A stretch of DNA of 43,248 bases from an uncultured Candidatus Saccharibacteria bacterium (GCA_964557565.1 CAZLAH010000002.1:17682-60929); one strand, 5' to 3'. Counted from the stretch's first letter, positions 1-9,125 are shown. The notes: generated by a model not told the origin, from the sequence alone. Made by a program: numbers and translations.

Positions 1-353
1 CTTCCAAGATCCTTGTCTATTTCCTGTACAAACTTAACATTTGAAGGCCATCTACCATCCACATATCCTGATTCACTCCTGTATGTAGTAACCTGAACCT
101 CATGTGTTTCTCCTTTCGCATCCTGCACTAATGCCATTACTGTACCAAACTTAGCCCCTGTTGAAACTGCTTTTGGAAAAAGATTTAGCATCTCATCCGG
201 CAGAGCATTTGATGCTAAATCATAGTCATGTGGCTCCTTCCCTATAACAACATCCCTCAAAGCGCCACCTACTAGGTAGCATTCAAAACCCTCTTTAACA
301 AGGATTCTCGCTACTTTTTGTACATATTCCGGTACTTTTATTGTAATCTTCAT
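1..353 (-). CDS. cca: CCA-adding enzyme / tRNA nucleotidyltransferase-poly(A) polymerase family, N-terminal part (C-terminus cut by window edge)
   Basis: Own translation from the ATG at 351-353 (minus strand): MKITIKVPEYVQKVARILVKEGFECYLVGGALRDVVIGKEPHDYDLASNALPDEMLNLFPKAVSTGAKFGTVMAL... It has the GGxLRD and DxD motifs of the pol-beta-type nucleotidyltransferases. A GGAGG Shine-Dalgarno (358-362) lies 4 nt upstream. The ORF is absent from the supplied track because it is partial. Confidence 0.8.
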   Translation of the reverse strand, partial: MKITIKVPEYVQKVARILVKEGFECYLVGGALRDVVIGKEPHDYDLASNALPDEMLNLFPKAVSTGAKFGTVMALVQDAKGETHEVQVTTYRSESGYVDGRWPSNVKFVQEIDKDLG

Positions 354-1533
354 AATTCCTCCTTACCTTTAAGAAAGCATACCAAAGAAACAAATCAACA
401 ACAAGAAATACCAAAAGTGCAACTCTTCCCTTTCCTGTTTTAGGAAGCTCTTTTAGCTCATTTGATATACCCAGTATCTCACCTTCGAATTCTTCAGGAT
501 CATCATTCTTCACCAAAACTTTTTCTTCTTCGACATTCTCCCTTTCAAATACAATACGAGGAGAATATACAGTATATGGTGTTCTAGTTACACAAAAACT
601 ATCCTGGGTAGGCTGAATATATGCCCCATTAATCCACCCTCCATCCTCTCTGTATGCCATTACAGATACAGCATTTACCTGTGTCCAACTGTAATAGTTT
701 GTCCCTTGTACTGCACATTCCGTTTTAATATTTGGGTTAAATATTTTGTAAAAGCCCAAGTCAAGCACCAACTCATTTTGCCATTGGTTTTCAATTGAAT
801 AGCTCAAGATAACTTCCTCAAAAGGTAATATATTGAAAGTAGACAAATATGTATTATGTTCATATGTTATTCCGTTTAAATATTCGGACGAATTGTTATC
901 TATCCATACCTTTAGATCTAGAAAACCACCATTTTCAGATATCGTAAAATGATCTACATTTAATGGATCCTTTACAATCATCTCATCAATCTTGTAAGTA
1001 CCTGTTTCTCCACTTAGTACTAAACCTGTACCTGCATAATCCTTCATATTTCCGTCTCTTACTAAATTGTTCCCATTAAAGAGAGTTGTAATACTTTTGG
1101 GAATTGGATTCCCATTTGGGAAAGAAACTAGATTTGCGAGATTCCCTTGATTGAGATCATTTCTACTAAAAGGAATAGCTATTTGAGAAATATTTACATG
1201 ATGATTCGTGGAATTAAGATAGTAATACAAAATATCTATCCTTGTTCCTGGAGGAGCTACTACCCTATCTGCTACCATTGGTATCCTTCTCATACCAGCA
1301 AAATCTGTTAAAGAAGAAAGAGTTTGATGGTCTAGAAAATTAGTTGTAACTTCACCTAGAACAGAACTCTCTTTATACTCTATACATTCAGCCTCACTAC
1401 AATTCCCTGGGAATTCTTCCACATTAAAAGATATCGTTTGGAAATACTGATTATTTACGTTATCACCCACGAAATCATCTGCAAAAGTTGGAGTTGCAGA
1501 GAGAAACAAAAAAAGAAAAGTTAGAAAAAGCAT
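295..1533 (-). CDS. Secreted LPXTG (sortase-substrate type) cell-wall-anchored surface protein, function unknown
   Basis: N-terminal signal peptide MLFLTFLFLFLSATPTFA. The C-terminus has LPKTG, then a hydrophobic stretch (RVALLVFLVVDLFLWYAFL), then KVRR. The 3' end overlaps the cca start by 59 nt. Confidence 0.7.
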   Translation of the reverse strand: MLFLTFLFLFLSATPTFADDFVGDNVNNQYFQTISFNVEEFPGNCSEAECIEYKESSVLGEVTTNFLDHQTLSSLTDFAGMRRIPMVADRVVAPPGTRIDILYYYLNSTNHHVNISQIAIPFSRNDLNQGNLANLVSFPNGNPIPKSITTLFNGNNLVRDGNMKDYAGTGLVLSGETGTYKIDEMIVKDPLNVDHFTISENGGFLDLKVWIDNNSSEYLNGITYEHNTYLSTFNILPFEEVILSYSIENQWQNELVLDLGFYKIFNPNIKTECAVQGTNYYSWTQVNAVSVMAYREDGGWINGAYIQPTQDSFCVTRTPYTVYSPRIVFERENVEEEKVLVKNDDPEEFEGEILGISNELKELPKTGKGRVALLVFLVVDLFLWYAFLKVRRNYEDYNKSTGICTKSSENPC

Positions 1534-1590
1534 ATGTATATTCCTAAGAATTTATTAGGAATATTTTATTCTAGCGACATTAAATACCTA

Positions 1591-3186
1591 TTAATTCTTC
1601 CCTTTTATCCTAACTTTCTCCGTAACATAGAAATTCCTTTTAAAAGCCTGAACTCCAAACATCATCTCCGTGATTGCTTGTAAATATGGTATGAAAGAGA
1701 AAGTAAGCATATTTACTGTAATTAAATATGTTTCCAAGAAATCCAAAATATGCCTCCACCATTTCCAAGCCTTTGGCACTGGCGTTATTGCTCTACGATA
1801 TATTACAATAGCAATATTTGAAAGCATTACCAATGTAAACACATAGCTCAAAATCCTTGGTAGATTATATGAAAATACTGAGTATTGATATTCAGGATTT
1901 AACCATCCCATTATATTTAGACCAAATGTAAGAACAAAAACAACTGTAAGGAACCAAAGATATTCAAACATCATCTTCAACATGTACAGTTTTCTGTATG
2001 CGGGGAAATCTTTCTTGTCATCAGCTAGCACTGCTAGAGATATGGGGAAATTGATGATACCCCATCCCCACCTATACTGTTGCTTCCAAAAAGAGACATG
2101 AGACTTCACGAAGGTTTCATTCTCAACCGCATCATTATATGTAGGTGTATACACCTCCTGATTCTTAAATGTACCTTTACTTCTCAATATTGAATTCCAG
2201 TAGAAAGCAGTATCATCATTTGGGATTTCAGGATCCCAAAATTCTATATCTTCCAATGATTTTAGGTTTACAATATATGAAGAAAACGTATCCCTTGTAT
2301 ATATCTTCTCTTCCGAAAAAGGTACTTTCAAATACCTGTCAAAAACCCACATATGCATAACTACAAGGGTAAGCATGTGAGATTGCGTCCTTATCATCGG
2401 AGGTACATTCCAGATATTGTTGTTAAATGAATGAACGGCAGAAGCATAGAAAGTATGCTCTGGATCCTCTATCGTAAGATACTTGTATGCCACTGCAGAG
2501 AGATACTTATAATGAGGTCTTAAATCGGAGTCACAAGTAATTAAAAGATAGTTACTGTAATCAATTCCATCCTTCTTTAAGTCTGCCACAAAATGCCTCG
2601 CGGCCCAATTAATGTTAGCACCCTTAACACCGGCTACCTCCCCCTCAATACCACCAGGATGAATGTAATACCTCATACTTCCAAATTTACTGCCATACTT
2701 CTCTTCAAGCTTCTTAAAGTTCTCTATTTGCAAATCTTTCTTCTTCTCCTCCATTGCGACCACTACATCTATTTTCTCAGCCCCTATATCACTCTTGACC
2801 CATGCCTCAAAAGAAGGTTCCAATATCTCCAAACTCTCTGCATATACAGGACAAAGATATACAAATCTAAGAGATTTCTCTTTCTCAGAGTTTAACTCTT
2901 TAATCTTCTTCAACCAATCCTCCCTTATATAGTAATTCATCCTTCTAATACCTAAGTATCCCCCTACTACCAACTTAATAGTTCTGTAAAACCAATAACC
3001 AACTAAAAACGATATATATACAACCAATGCGGTATTTAGCTTAAACAAAGCAAAAATCACAGGAAGTAGAAGAAGGGTCCACACAAAAAAGCCTGGAAGA
3101 ATTTCAAAAAATCTTCTTTGATATCTTGGCATTTTTGCTGGAAAGCCTCCATCTCTGTCTTGTGGTTTAAATGAATTTTCTACCAT
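1591..3186 (-). CDS. Membrane-integrated family-2 glycosyltransferase, processive (cellulose/chitin-synthase-like) type
   Basis: TM helices at the N- and C-termini. The cytoplasmic core has D-containing motifs (ITCDSDLRP) and a QxxRW motif (QQYRWGWG), typical of processive GT2 enzymes. Confidence 0.7.
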   Translation of the reverse strand: MVENSFKPQDRDGGFPAKMPRYQRRFFEILPGFFVWTLLLLPVIFALFKLNTALVVYISFLVGYWFYRTIKLVVGGYLGIRRMNYYIREDWLKKIKELNSEKEKSLRFVYLCPVYAESLEILEPSFEAWVKSDIGAEKIDVVVAMEEKKKDLQIENFKKLEEKYGSKFGSMRYYIHPGGIEGEVAGVKGANINWAARHFVADLKKDGIDYSNYLLITCDSDLRPHYKYLSAVAYKYLTIEDPEHTFYASAVHSFNNNIWNVPPMIRTQSHMLTLVVMHMWVFDRYLKVPFSEEKIYTRDTFSSYIVNLKSLEDIEFWDPEIPNDDTAFYWNSILRSKGTFKNQEVYTPTYNDAVENETFVKSHVSFWKQQYRWGWGIINFPISLAVLADDKKDFPAYRKLYMLKMMFEYLWFLTVVFVLTFGLNIMGWLNPEYQYSVFSYNLPRILSYVFTLVMLSNIAIVIYRRAITPVPKAWKWWRHILDFLETYLITVNMLTFSFIPYLQAITEMMFGVQAFKRNFYVTEKVRIKGKN

Positions 3187-3230
3187 GGTTTTGTATTCTA
3201 CTCTAAAAAATATATTATTTCTATTTTACT

Positions 3231-4160
3231 CTAAAGGTATTTTAGGCTCCCTTTAACTGATTGGATCGTATCATATCCCTTTTTCTTTAGAATACTTTTT
3301 AATTCTCCATCTATCCTTTTGAAACACTTGCAACCTTCTTTCTCAAAGACAGTACCTACTTGAACAGCATCAGCACCCGCCAGAAGAAATTCAAAAGCAT
3401 CAGAACCTGTATTTATACCTCCTACTCCAAATATGGAGACTCTTCCTTCAAGTAATTCGTAAAAGGTTCTTACATTAGCAAGAGCTACCGGTTTTATATA
3501 TTCACCAGAAAGTCCTCCGAAACCTTTCTTAGGTTTAATTATTGTAGATTCTTTTTCAGGATCAATGACCAAGGTATTACCAATTGAATTAATACAAGTT
3601 ATGAATTTAATATCATATTTAAGTATTAATTCGGCCATTTGTTTTTGAAAAGAAAGATCATTGTATGGGGGTAATTTCAAGCCTAATGGTTTCTTTCCTA
3701 AACCTTTAATTGCAGAGAGTATCTTTTCACTTTGTTCAAAATCATATGCAACTTGCGGCTTACCTTCAATATTTGGGCAACTAAGATTAACCTCAATTAA
3801 ATCGACATCACTTCCTTGGAATCCTTTTACCATCTCTACATAATCATCAAGAGAAAGACCGGAGACACTTGCAATTACTGGCTTTGAGTATTTCTTCAAC
3901 TCTTTACCAAATTTTAAGTATTCTTTGTAACCAAGGTTTGGCAAACCCATCGATTGAATCGCGCCATGTGGTAAACGAACGTATCTAGGCTCGGGATTTC
4001 CTTCTCTTGGCTCAATTGTACAAGACTTCATCATTATTGCAGAGGATTTAGACTCCCCTAAAGCCCGCAATTCTTCCAAGGAAGCATCAAGAGGACCAGA
4101 TGCATTACATATATATGAATCAAATTTAACTCCTGCTACTTGTGTACTAGTTCTACTCAT
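3231..4160 (-). CDS. pyrD: Dihydroorotate dehydrogenase, class 1 (Cys active-site type)
   Basis: FDSYICNASGP, MGLPNLG, EVNLSCPNIEGK (class-1 catalytic Cys loop) and GVGGINTGSDAFEFLLAGADAVQVGT. Length 309 aa. Confidence 0.85.
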   Translation of the reverse strand: MSRTSTQVAGVKFDSYICNASGPLDASLEELRALGESKSSAIMMKSCTIEPREGNPEPRYVRLPHGAIQSMGLPNLGYKEYLKFGKELKKYSKPVIASVSGLSLDDYVEMVKGFQGSDVDLIEVNLSCPNIEGKPQVAYDFEQSEKILSAIKGLGKKPLGLKLPPYNDLSFQKQMAELILKYDIKFITCINSIGNTLVIDPEKESTIIKPKKGFGGLSGEYIKPVALANVRTFYELLEGRVSIFGVGGINTGSDAFEFLLAGADAVQVGTVFEKEGCKCFKRIDGELKSILKKKGYDTIQSVKGSLKYL

Positions 4161-4166
4161 GTATTT

Positions 4167-4478
4167 CTATTTTAATATTTTGAATCCCTCAAGAACAAAC
4201 AATACTCCTGTAATCAAAACTGTTCCTCCAATTAATAATCCGGCCCAAATAAACGGTGTAAAGAAAAATGCGAAAAGAACTCCTAATCCAATGAAAAAAC
4301 AACCACCTATTTTAGGCCACTTCCAAGAACTAATAGCTATCGCTAAAACAATTAATGTAAGGACTAAATGAGAGACAGAATCCGCTAAATTAAAATCAGG
4401 ATTAAAGCCTTCTATGATGAATATACCAAAGAACAGCACTACTAATATTGAAAGAAACCTTGAGATATTACGAACCAT
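4167..4478 (-). CDS. Small integral membrane protein (3 predicted TM helices), unknown function
   Basis: 103 aa and strongly hydrophobic. It ends 6 nt upstream of pyrD on the same strand, so co-transcription is likely. Confidence 0.5.
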   Translation of the reverse strand: MVRNISRFLSILVVLFFGIFIIEGFNPDFNLADSVSHLVLTLIVLAIAISSWKWPKIGGCFFIGLGVLFAFFFTPFIWAGLLIGGTVLITGVLFVLEGFKILK

Positions 4479-4537
4479 ATTTATATCCTTTCTGTATAAA
4501 ATTAATTACACATTAATAGGATAGCACAAAATTGCTC

Positions 4538-4627
4538 TGGCGGAGAGGGAGGGATTCGAACCCTCGATACAGAAACCTGTATAACGGTTTTCAAGACCGT
4601 CTCATTCGACCACTCTGACACCTCTCC
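4538..4627 (-). tRNA. tRNA-Ser (anticodon UGA), CCA encoded
   Basis: Minus-strand read: GGAGAGGTGTCAGAGTGGTCGAATGAGACGGTCTTGAAAACCGTTATACAGGTTTCTGTATCGAGGGTTCGAATCCCTCCCTCTCCGCCA. It folds as a cloverleaf with a long variable arm. The anticodon loop is CTTGAAA and the T-loop is TTCGAAT. Confidence 0.9.
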
Positions 4628-4655
4628 AGACAAATGAGATTATACCAAATATACT

Positions 4656-5648
4656 CTAAACCTCATACTTACCCTCAAAAATATTCTTAACCACATCTTC
4701 TAAGCTAGGTTCAAGAATATCCAAATCATCAACCTTGAACCTCTTCAATATTTTCATTGTAACATCACTAACCATCTCCCTTTCTACAGAAAGGACAGCC
4801 ACATTACCTGAGATACTAACCACCTCTCCAAATCCCAACAAATCCTTCTGAGATATATTATCTTTCAATACAAGATGTATACTCTTCTTTTTTACAAACT
4901 TCTTATTTAAATCCAATATCTTCCCATCATATACAATCTTCCCCTTCTCTATCACTATACTCCTATTACACAAATCCTTAATATCTTCCATATTATGGCT
5001 AGTCAGTATAATTGTTGCCTTGTATCTCTTGTTATACTCTTTCAAAAAATCTCTCAACTTTTGTTGGGACACAACATCCAAACCAATTGTAGGTTCATCT
5101 AAAAAAAGAATCTCAGGAGTATGGATGAGAGATGCAACTAGTTCGCATTTCATTCTTTCTCCTAGAGAGAGTTTTCTAACTGGTGTTTTAATGATGTCAC
5201 CCAAACTTAGAAGCTCAACAATATTCCCAAGCACCTCTTTATACCTTTTGTCTTCAACTTGGTATATCTCTTTGTTTAAAAGGAATGTCTCCTCAGCTGG
5301 TAACTCCCACCACAACTGACTTCTTTGGCCCATTACTAAAGATATCTTAGAAAGGTACTCATACTTTCTCGAACTAGGCTTGAAACCTGCAACACTTACT
5401 TCTCCTGAGTCAGGATACAAAAGTCCTGAAAGACACTTAAGTGTGGTTGTCTTCCCAGCACCATTTGGACCTATGAATGCAACAAACTCTTCTCTGAAAA
5501 TATCAAAACTAATATCATCTACAGCTATTATTTCAGAAGACACCCCGTTAAAAAAAGATTTTACAGAAGATCCTAAGCCAGGATTGTCTTTTTTCTGAAC
5601 TTTAAATTTCTTTACTAGGTTTCTTACTGTAATGATTTCTTTCTTCAT
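4656..5648 (-). CDS. ABC transporter ATP-binding protein (ABC-2/COG4586-like), no adjacent permease
   Basis: Walker A GPNGAGKTT, signature LSLGERMK, Walker B ILFLDEPTIGLD and an H-loop TSH. It has a C-terminal extension of about 90 aa. Confidence 0.85.
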   Translation of the reverse strand: MKKEIITVRNLVKKFKVQKKDNPGLGSSVKSFFNGVSSEIIAVDDISFDIFREEFVAFIGPNGAGKTTTLKCLSGLLYPDSGEVSVAGFKPSSRKYEYLSKISLVMGQRSQLWWELPAEETFLLNKEIYQVEDKRYKEVLGNIVELLSLGDIIKTPVRKLSLGERMKCELVASLIHTPEILFLDEPTIGLDVVSQQKLRDFLKEYNKRYKATIILTSHNMEDIKDLCNRSIVIEKGKIVYDGKILDLNKKFVKKKSIHLVLKDNISQKDLLGFGEVVSISGNVAVLSVEREMVSDVTMKILKRFKVDDLDILEPSLEDVVKNIFEGKYEV

Positions 5649-5689
5649 ACAAATTGACTAAGCTATATACTTTACAATATCATGAGTAT

Positions 5690-6895
5690 ATGAAATCTGC
5701 CAAAATATTAATAGTAAGTATATATACATTTTCAATATTACTAAGTACCACTAGGGTATTAGCGAACGATCTTGATTCTACAAATTACAAACTTGTAGGA
5801 GTAACCACTACTGCAGGAGGTGGATTAGGAGACTCCTCAGGATACAGTTTGATCTCAACTACAGGCGATATATCTGCGAATCCAAGAATATATTCTTCTA
5901 ATTACAGATTGAATCAAGATCCTTCTGCGAATTTTGTTGCCGCTCAACCAAATGTTCAGTGTTTTGAAACTGATACGGACGGAACTACATATTGCAATTC
6001 TGGTCCTACAGAATTACTGGAGGGAGGAATGGTTGCAATTTGCGGTCCAAGTGGTTGCTATGACAAAGCAAGATTTGAGATAGAACCTTTCTCAAACCCG
6101 GAAGACACTCTTTACAGCATTCAGGTTTCAATAGATGGGTTTTCTACAGATACAAAATGTATAGATGGTTCAACATTCAGACCAAAAGATTTAGCATCAT
6201 GCACAATAAATGATTTTAGAACAGAGGAGTATTGGGAGGATGAGGTTTTTAATATACAAGGTCTTCAGCCAAATACTCAGTACAGCATAAAGATAACTGC
6301 TTTACATGGGGATTTTACACAGTCTGACTTCAGCAGTATTGCAACAGCAACTACTGCAGAGGGAAGTATCGAATTTGATATTGATATTGCAGATAGTACT
6401 GGTGTATCAACAGAGACATCAGCACCCTATTCTATTGCATTTACAGGAGAAAAGGAGTTAATTGCAGGAGCATCAGCCACTACTGCCTCGGATCTAATTT
6501 GGTTAGATGTAATTAGTAGTTCCTCCGGAGGTTTCGCTATCATACAATTTGGGAAAAATGGAGGGTTATACAGTCCTACTACAACACAAACAATTCTTTC
6601 AACAAATATTGATTTAGATACCCCAATGACAGAGGGTTTCGGTTTACAAAGTTTCTATACAGACACAGAAGAGATATCTTCGTATTACGGTAATATATCA
6701 GCAACTACAAATTATGCTGGTTCTTTGAATATAGTAGGAGAAGTGGCAACATCAGGTAGAAAAATTTATGAAGGAGATGGTCCTGTCAAAGGAGGAAGAA
6801 TGGGAATATATCTTAAAGCAAAAGCTGATGTAGAAAAAACTCCAGCGTCAGATTATACAGAAGAAATCTATTTCATTTTAGTACCATTATATTAA
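5690..6895 (+). CDS. Secreted surface protein with an FN3-like module and a C-terminal beta-rich domain shared with the next gene
   Basis: Signal peptide MKSAKILIVSIYTFSILLSTTRVLA when the ATG at 5690 is used (the track starts at a TTG at 5654). The S(T/S)NY(K/R)L motif occurs twice. An FN3-like stretch reads LQPNTQYSIKITALHGDFTQSDFS. The C-terminal part contains TEGFGLQS and ...ASDYTEEIYFILVPLY. Confidence 0.6.
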   Translation: MKSAKILIVSIYTFSILLSTTRVLANDLDSTNYKLVGVTTTAGGGLGDSSGYSLISTTGDISANPRIYSSNYRLNQDPSANFVAAQPNVQCFETDTDGTTYCNSGPTELLEGGMVAICGPSGCYDKARFEIEPFSNPEDTLYSIQVSIDGFSTDTKCIDGSTFRPKDLASCTINDFRTEEYWEDEVFNIQGLQPNTQYSIKITALHGDFTQSDFSSIATATTAEGSIEFDIDIADSTGVSTETSAPYSIAFTGEKELIAGASATTASDLIWLDVISSSSGGFAIIQFGKNGGLYSPTTTQTILSTNIDLDTPMTEGFGLQSFYTDTEEISSYYGNISATTNYAGSLNIVGEVATSGRKIYEGDGPVKGGRMGIYLKAKADVEKTPASDYTEEIYFILVPLY

Positions 6896-6911
6896 GAAAA
6901 TCTTTTCTCTA

Positions 6912-6940
6912 TTGACATTCTCTACCTATTTTATTATGTT
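6912..6940 (+). promoter_or_regulatory. Candidate sigma70-type promoter for the 6988 gene
   Basis: TTGACA (6912-6917), 17 nt spacer, TATGTT (6935-6940). Confidence 0.35.
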
Positions 6941-6987
6941 TTATACATACTTATTACGTATATTAAATATAGCTGTCCCGTATTAAT

Positions 6988-8121
6988 ATGAATAAAAGAA
7001 GATCCCTCGCTCTCTCGCTTTTTCTTCTACTATCGATAGTTGGGTCTTTCTTTCTTTTGCTCCCTAGTTTTAAATCAGATGCTGGATCATTAACTGCAGC
7101 ATATATGTACTTAAGTAGAATTAAAACAGATATAGACGGCTCGACTGCTACGGTGGAATACGTAGTAGCATTAGCACCTGCACAAACAATACCTACTGGA
7201 GGAACAGTTACCTTGTATTTCCAAGAAGACGACGACGCATACTGGTGTAGAACAGCAGGTGCCTTAACAGTCGAGGGGGTTGCTCTCTCTGCTGCAGATA
7301 TGTCATCTACAAACTGGGCAATTGATTCTGCCCTGCCATCTTCAAGTACACTTTCTGCGACTTGCACACAAGGATCCGATGCTAGTTCTGTAGATACTAT
7401 TACTATTTCAAATGTCGGAGAATTAACTGCAGGAACAACATATGGTGTCAAGATTACAAATGGCTCAACTGCTGGAGTAATTGGTACTGACGATACAGCT
7501 GGTGAGCATAATGTTACAATAGAAGCAAAGAATGGTACAACGATTGATTCAAGTACATTCAAAGTATATTTAATCGCAAACGATCAAGTTGTCGTATCAG
7601 CAACTGTCGCCTCTATTCCATCTGTTAATTGCAGTATCAGTACTAATTCAATAGATTTGGGATCTCTCTATCCTGGAGGTTCTTTCTCAACTGGGAACCA
7701 TACAATTGCAACTAGTACATCTGCAACCACTAGTGGATATTACTGGGCAGTATACGGTGAAGGCGACGGTTCTACAGATGCAGGACTTTACAAATCTTCT
7801 GCTACGACATACCTTTTAGCTTCAACGGGTAGCACAACTATAGATTTAACAACTCCGGGAGGAGAAGGTTTTGGATTAGTTGCTTCTGATCCAGACGGAG
7901 CAGGAACAGCAAGTATCACTACTGATTTTAGTAATGGTACTCCCGGAGTTTTTGGTGCGCTAGATAGAGGCCCTGCAGGTGCTCAGCTATTACTTTACCA
8001 AAATGGCCCAGAGACAGTGTCTGAAAGTTCAACTATTACATATGGAGCAAAAGCTGGAACATCAGCGGTAGCAGGAAGTTACCAGGAGACCGTAACTTTC
8101 TCTTGTGGTGGTTACTATTAA
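6988..8121 (+). CDS. Secreted Thr/Ser/Gly/Ala-rich surface protein (putative fibre/adhesin subunit)
   Basis: Signal/TM sequence MNKRRSLALSLFLLLSIVGSFFLLL. The composition is low in charged residues. The C-terminal domain (SVNCSISTNSIDLGSLYPGG ... GEGFGLVAS ... AGSYQETVTFSCGGYY) parallels the C-terminus of the preceding protein. Confidence 0.6.
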   Translation: MNKRRSLALSLFLLLSIVGSFFLLLPSFKSDAGSLTAAYMYLSRIKTDIDGSTATVEYVVALAPAQTIPTGGTVTLYFQEDDDAYWCRTAGALTVEGVALSAADMSSTNWAIDSALPSSSTLSATCTQGSDASSVDTITISNVGELTAGTTYGVKITNGSTAGVIGTDDTAGEHNVTIEAKNGTTIDSSTFKVYLIANDQVVVSATVASIPSVNCSISTNSIDLGSLYPGGSFSTGNHTIATSTSATTSGYYWAVYGEGDGSTDAGLYKSSATTYLLASTGSTTIDLTTPGGEGFGLVASDPDGAGTASITTDFSNGTPGVFGALDRGPAGAQLLLYQNGPETVSESSTITYGAKAGTSAVAGSYQETVTFSCGGYY

Positions 8122-8123
8122 CT

Positions 8124-9125
8124 ATGAAAAACAACAATTTACTTGCTGCCCCGCATATATACAAAAACTTCGCGCTTTTACTAATTACAGTAATTCTTTT
8201 TTTCTTTTCAATAGAAACACCTGTAGATGCCCAGTCTGCTCTTTCAATTGGAATGGCACCACCATCTAAGAAGTTAAATCTCAAACAATCACAAATATAC
8301 ACAGGAGAAATAGTAGTTTGGAATCTCTCTCAAGTTACTACAAAGTACAAAATTGTTGTAAAAGGTTTCCGACAAATTGAAAACCAACCAGGTACCGCAA
8401 TGATATTAACTGAGGAAGAAGAATCGAGAACTCTCTATTCCGCTTCGGAATGGATCTCCATCTCTAGAGGTGAAATAGATTTAGTCCCGAACAAAAACGA
8501 GAAAATATATTACAAGATAGAGGTTCCAGACGATGTTACCAAAGGAGAGTATCTTGCTATGATTGCTTTCATTTCAGAATCTGAAAACAAGTCTTTGGGA
8601 ACTGCAGCTTTTACTACACTCTCTTCAGGAGTTCCAATGCTAATAAAAGTGGGAGAAGATTTTGTAGAAAATGCAGAATTACTTAAGTTTGAAACAGACA
8701 AAAATTTTTACGAAACCCCTTCTGTAAGATTTTTAACAAGAATTAAGAATTTAGGAGATACACATATCTCCCCCATTGGAGAAATAGTTCTCACAAATAT
8801 TTTCAACCAAGAAATTACCCGAATACCTTTTAATGAAAATTTCCAAAGTATATTAAGAGGAAACAATGGCGAATACAATATAGATTGGAATTATGGCTCT
8901 TTCTTAACAAAAGAAAACGAAATTGTGCTAGGTCCAATCAAAGCTAACTTAATTGTTACTTACAGAAATTTCCAACCAGGCTTCTCTCCAATAATTGCTG
9001 AAACTTCTTTCTGGATCATACCTTGGAAATATATACTCCTAATAATTCTCACAATAGTAACCGTTGTGATATTATGGAATTTGAGGAAAAGAAGAAAGAA
9101 TATACCTCAACCATTACCTAAATAA
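8124..9125 (+). CDS. Two-domain surface protein with C-terminal TM anchor (DUF916/DUF3324, CscA-like by pattern)
   Basis: The ATG at 8124 lies 2 nt after the preceding stop. It has a signal peptide (…LLLITVILFFFSIETPVDAQS). Ig-like pattern: ASEWISISRGEIDLVPNKNEKIYYKIEVPDDVTKGEYLAMIAF. The second domain contains PIGEIVLTN. The C-terminus has a TM helix WKYILLIILTIVTVVILW followed by NLRKRRKN. Confidence 0.6.
   Translation: MKNNNLLAAPHIYKNFALLLITVILFFFSIETPVDAQSALSIGMAPPSKKLNLKQSQIYTGEIVVWNLSQVTTKYKIVVKGFRQIENQPGTAMILTEEEESRTLYSASEWISISRGEIDLVPNKNEKIYYKIEVPDDVTKGEYLAMIAFISESENKSLGTAAFTTLSSGVPMLIKVGEDFVENAELLKFETDKNFYETPSVRFLTRIKNLGDTHISPIGEIVLTNIFNQEITRIPFNENFQSILRGNNGEYNIDWNYGSFLTKENEIVLGPIKANLIVTYRNFQPGFSPIIAETSFWIIPWKYILLIILTIVTVVILWNLRKRRKNIPQPLPK

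Noticed and set aside
2169-2895. Plus-strand ORFs 2169-2360 and 2593-2895
   Set aside because: They are antisense to the GT2 gene, with low-complexity translations.
6963-7562. 199-aa ORF on the minus strand
   Set aside because: It lies entirely antisense to the 377-aa secreted-protein gene. It has no start context, and its composition mirrors the sense gene, so it is treated as a shadow ORF.
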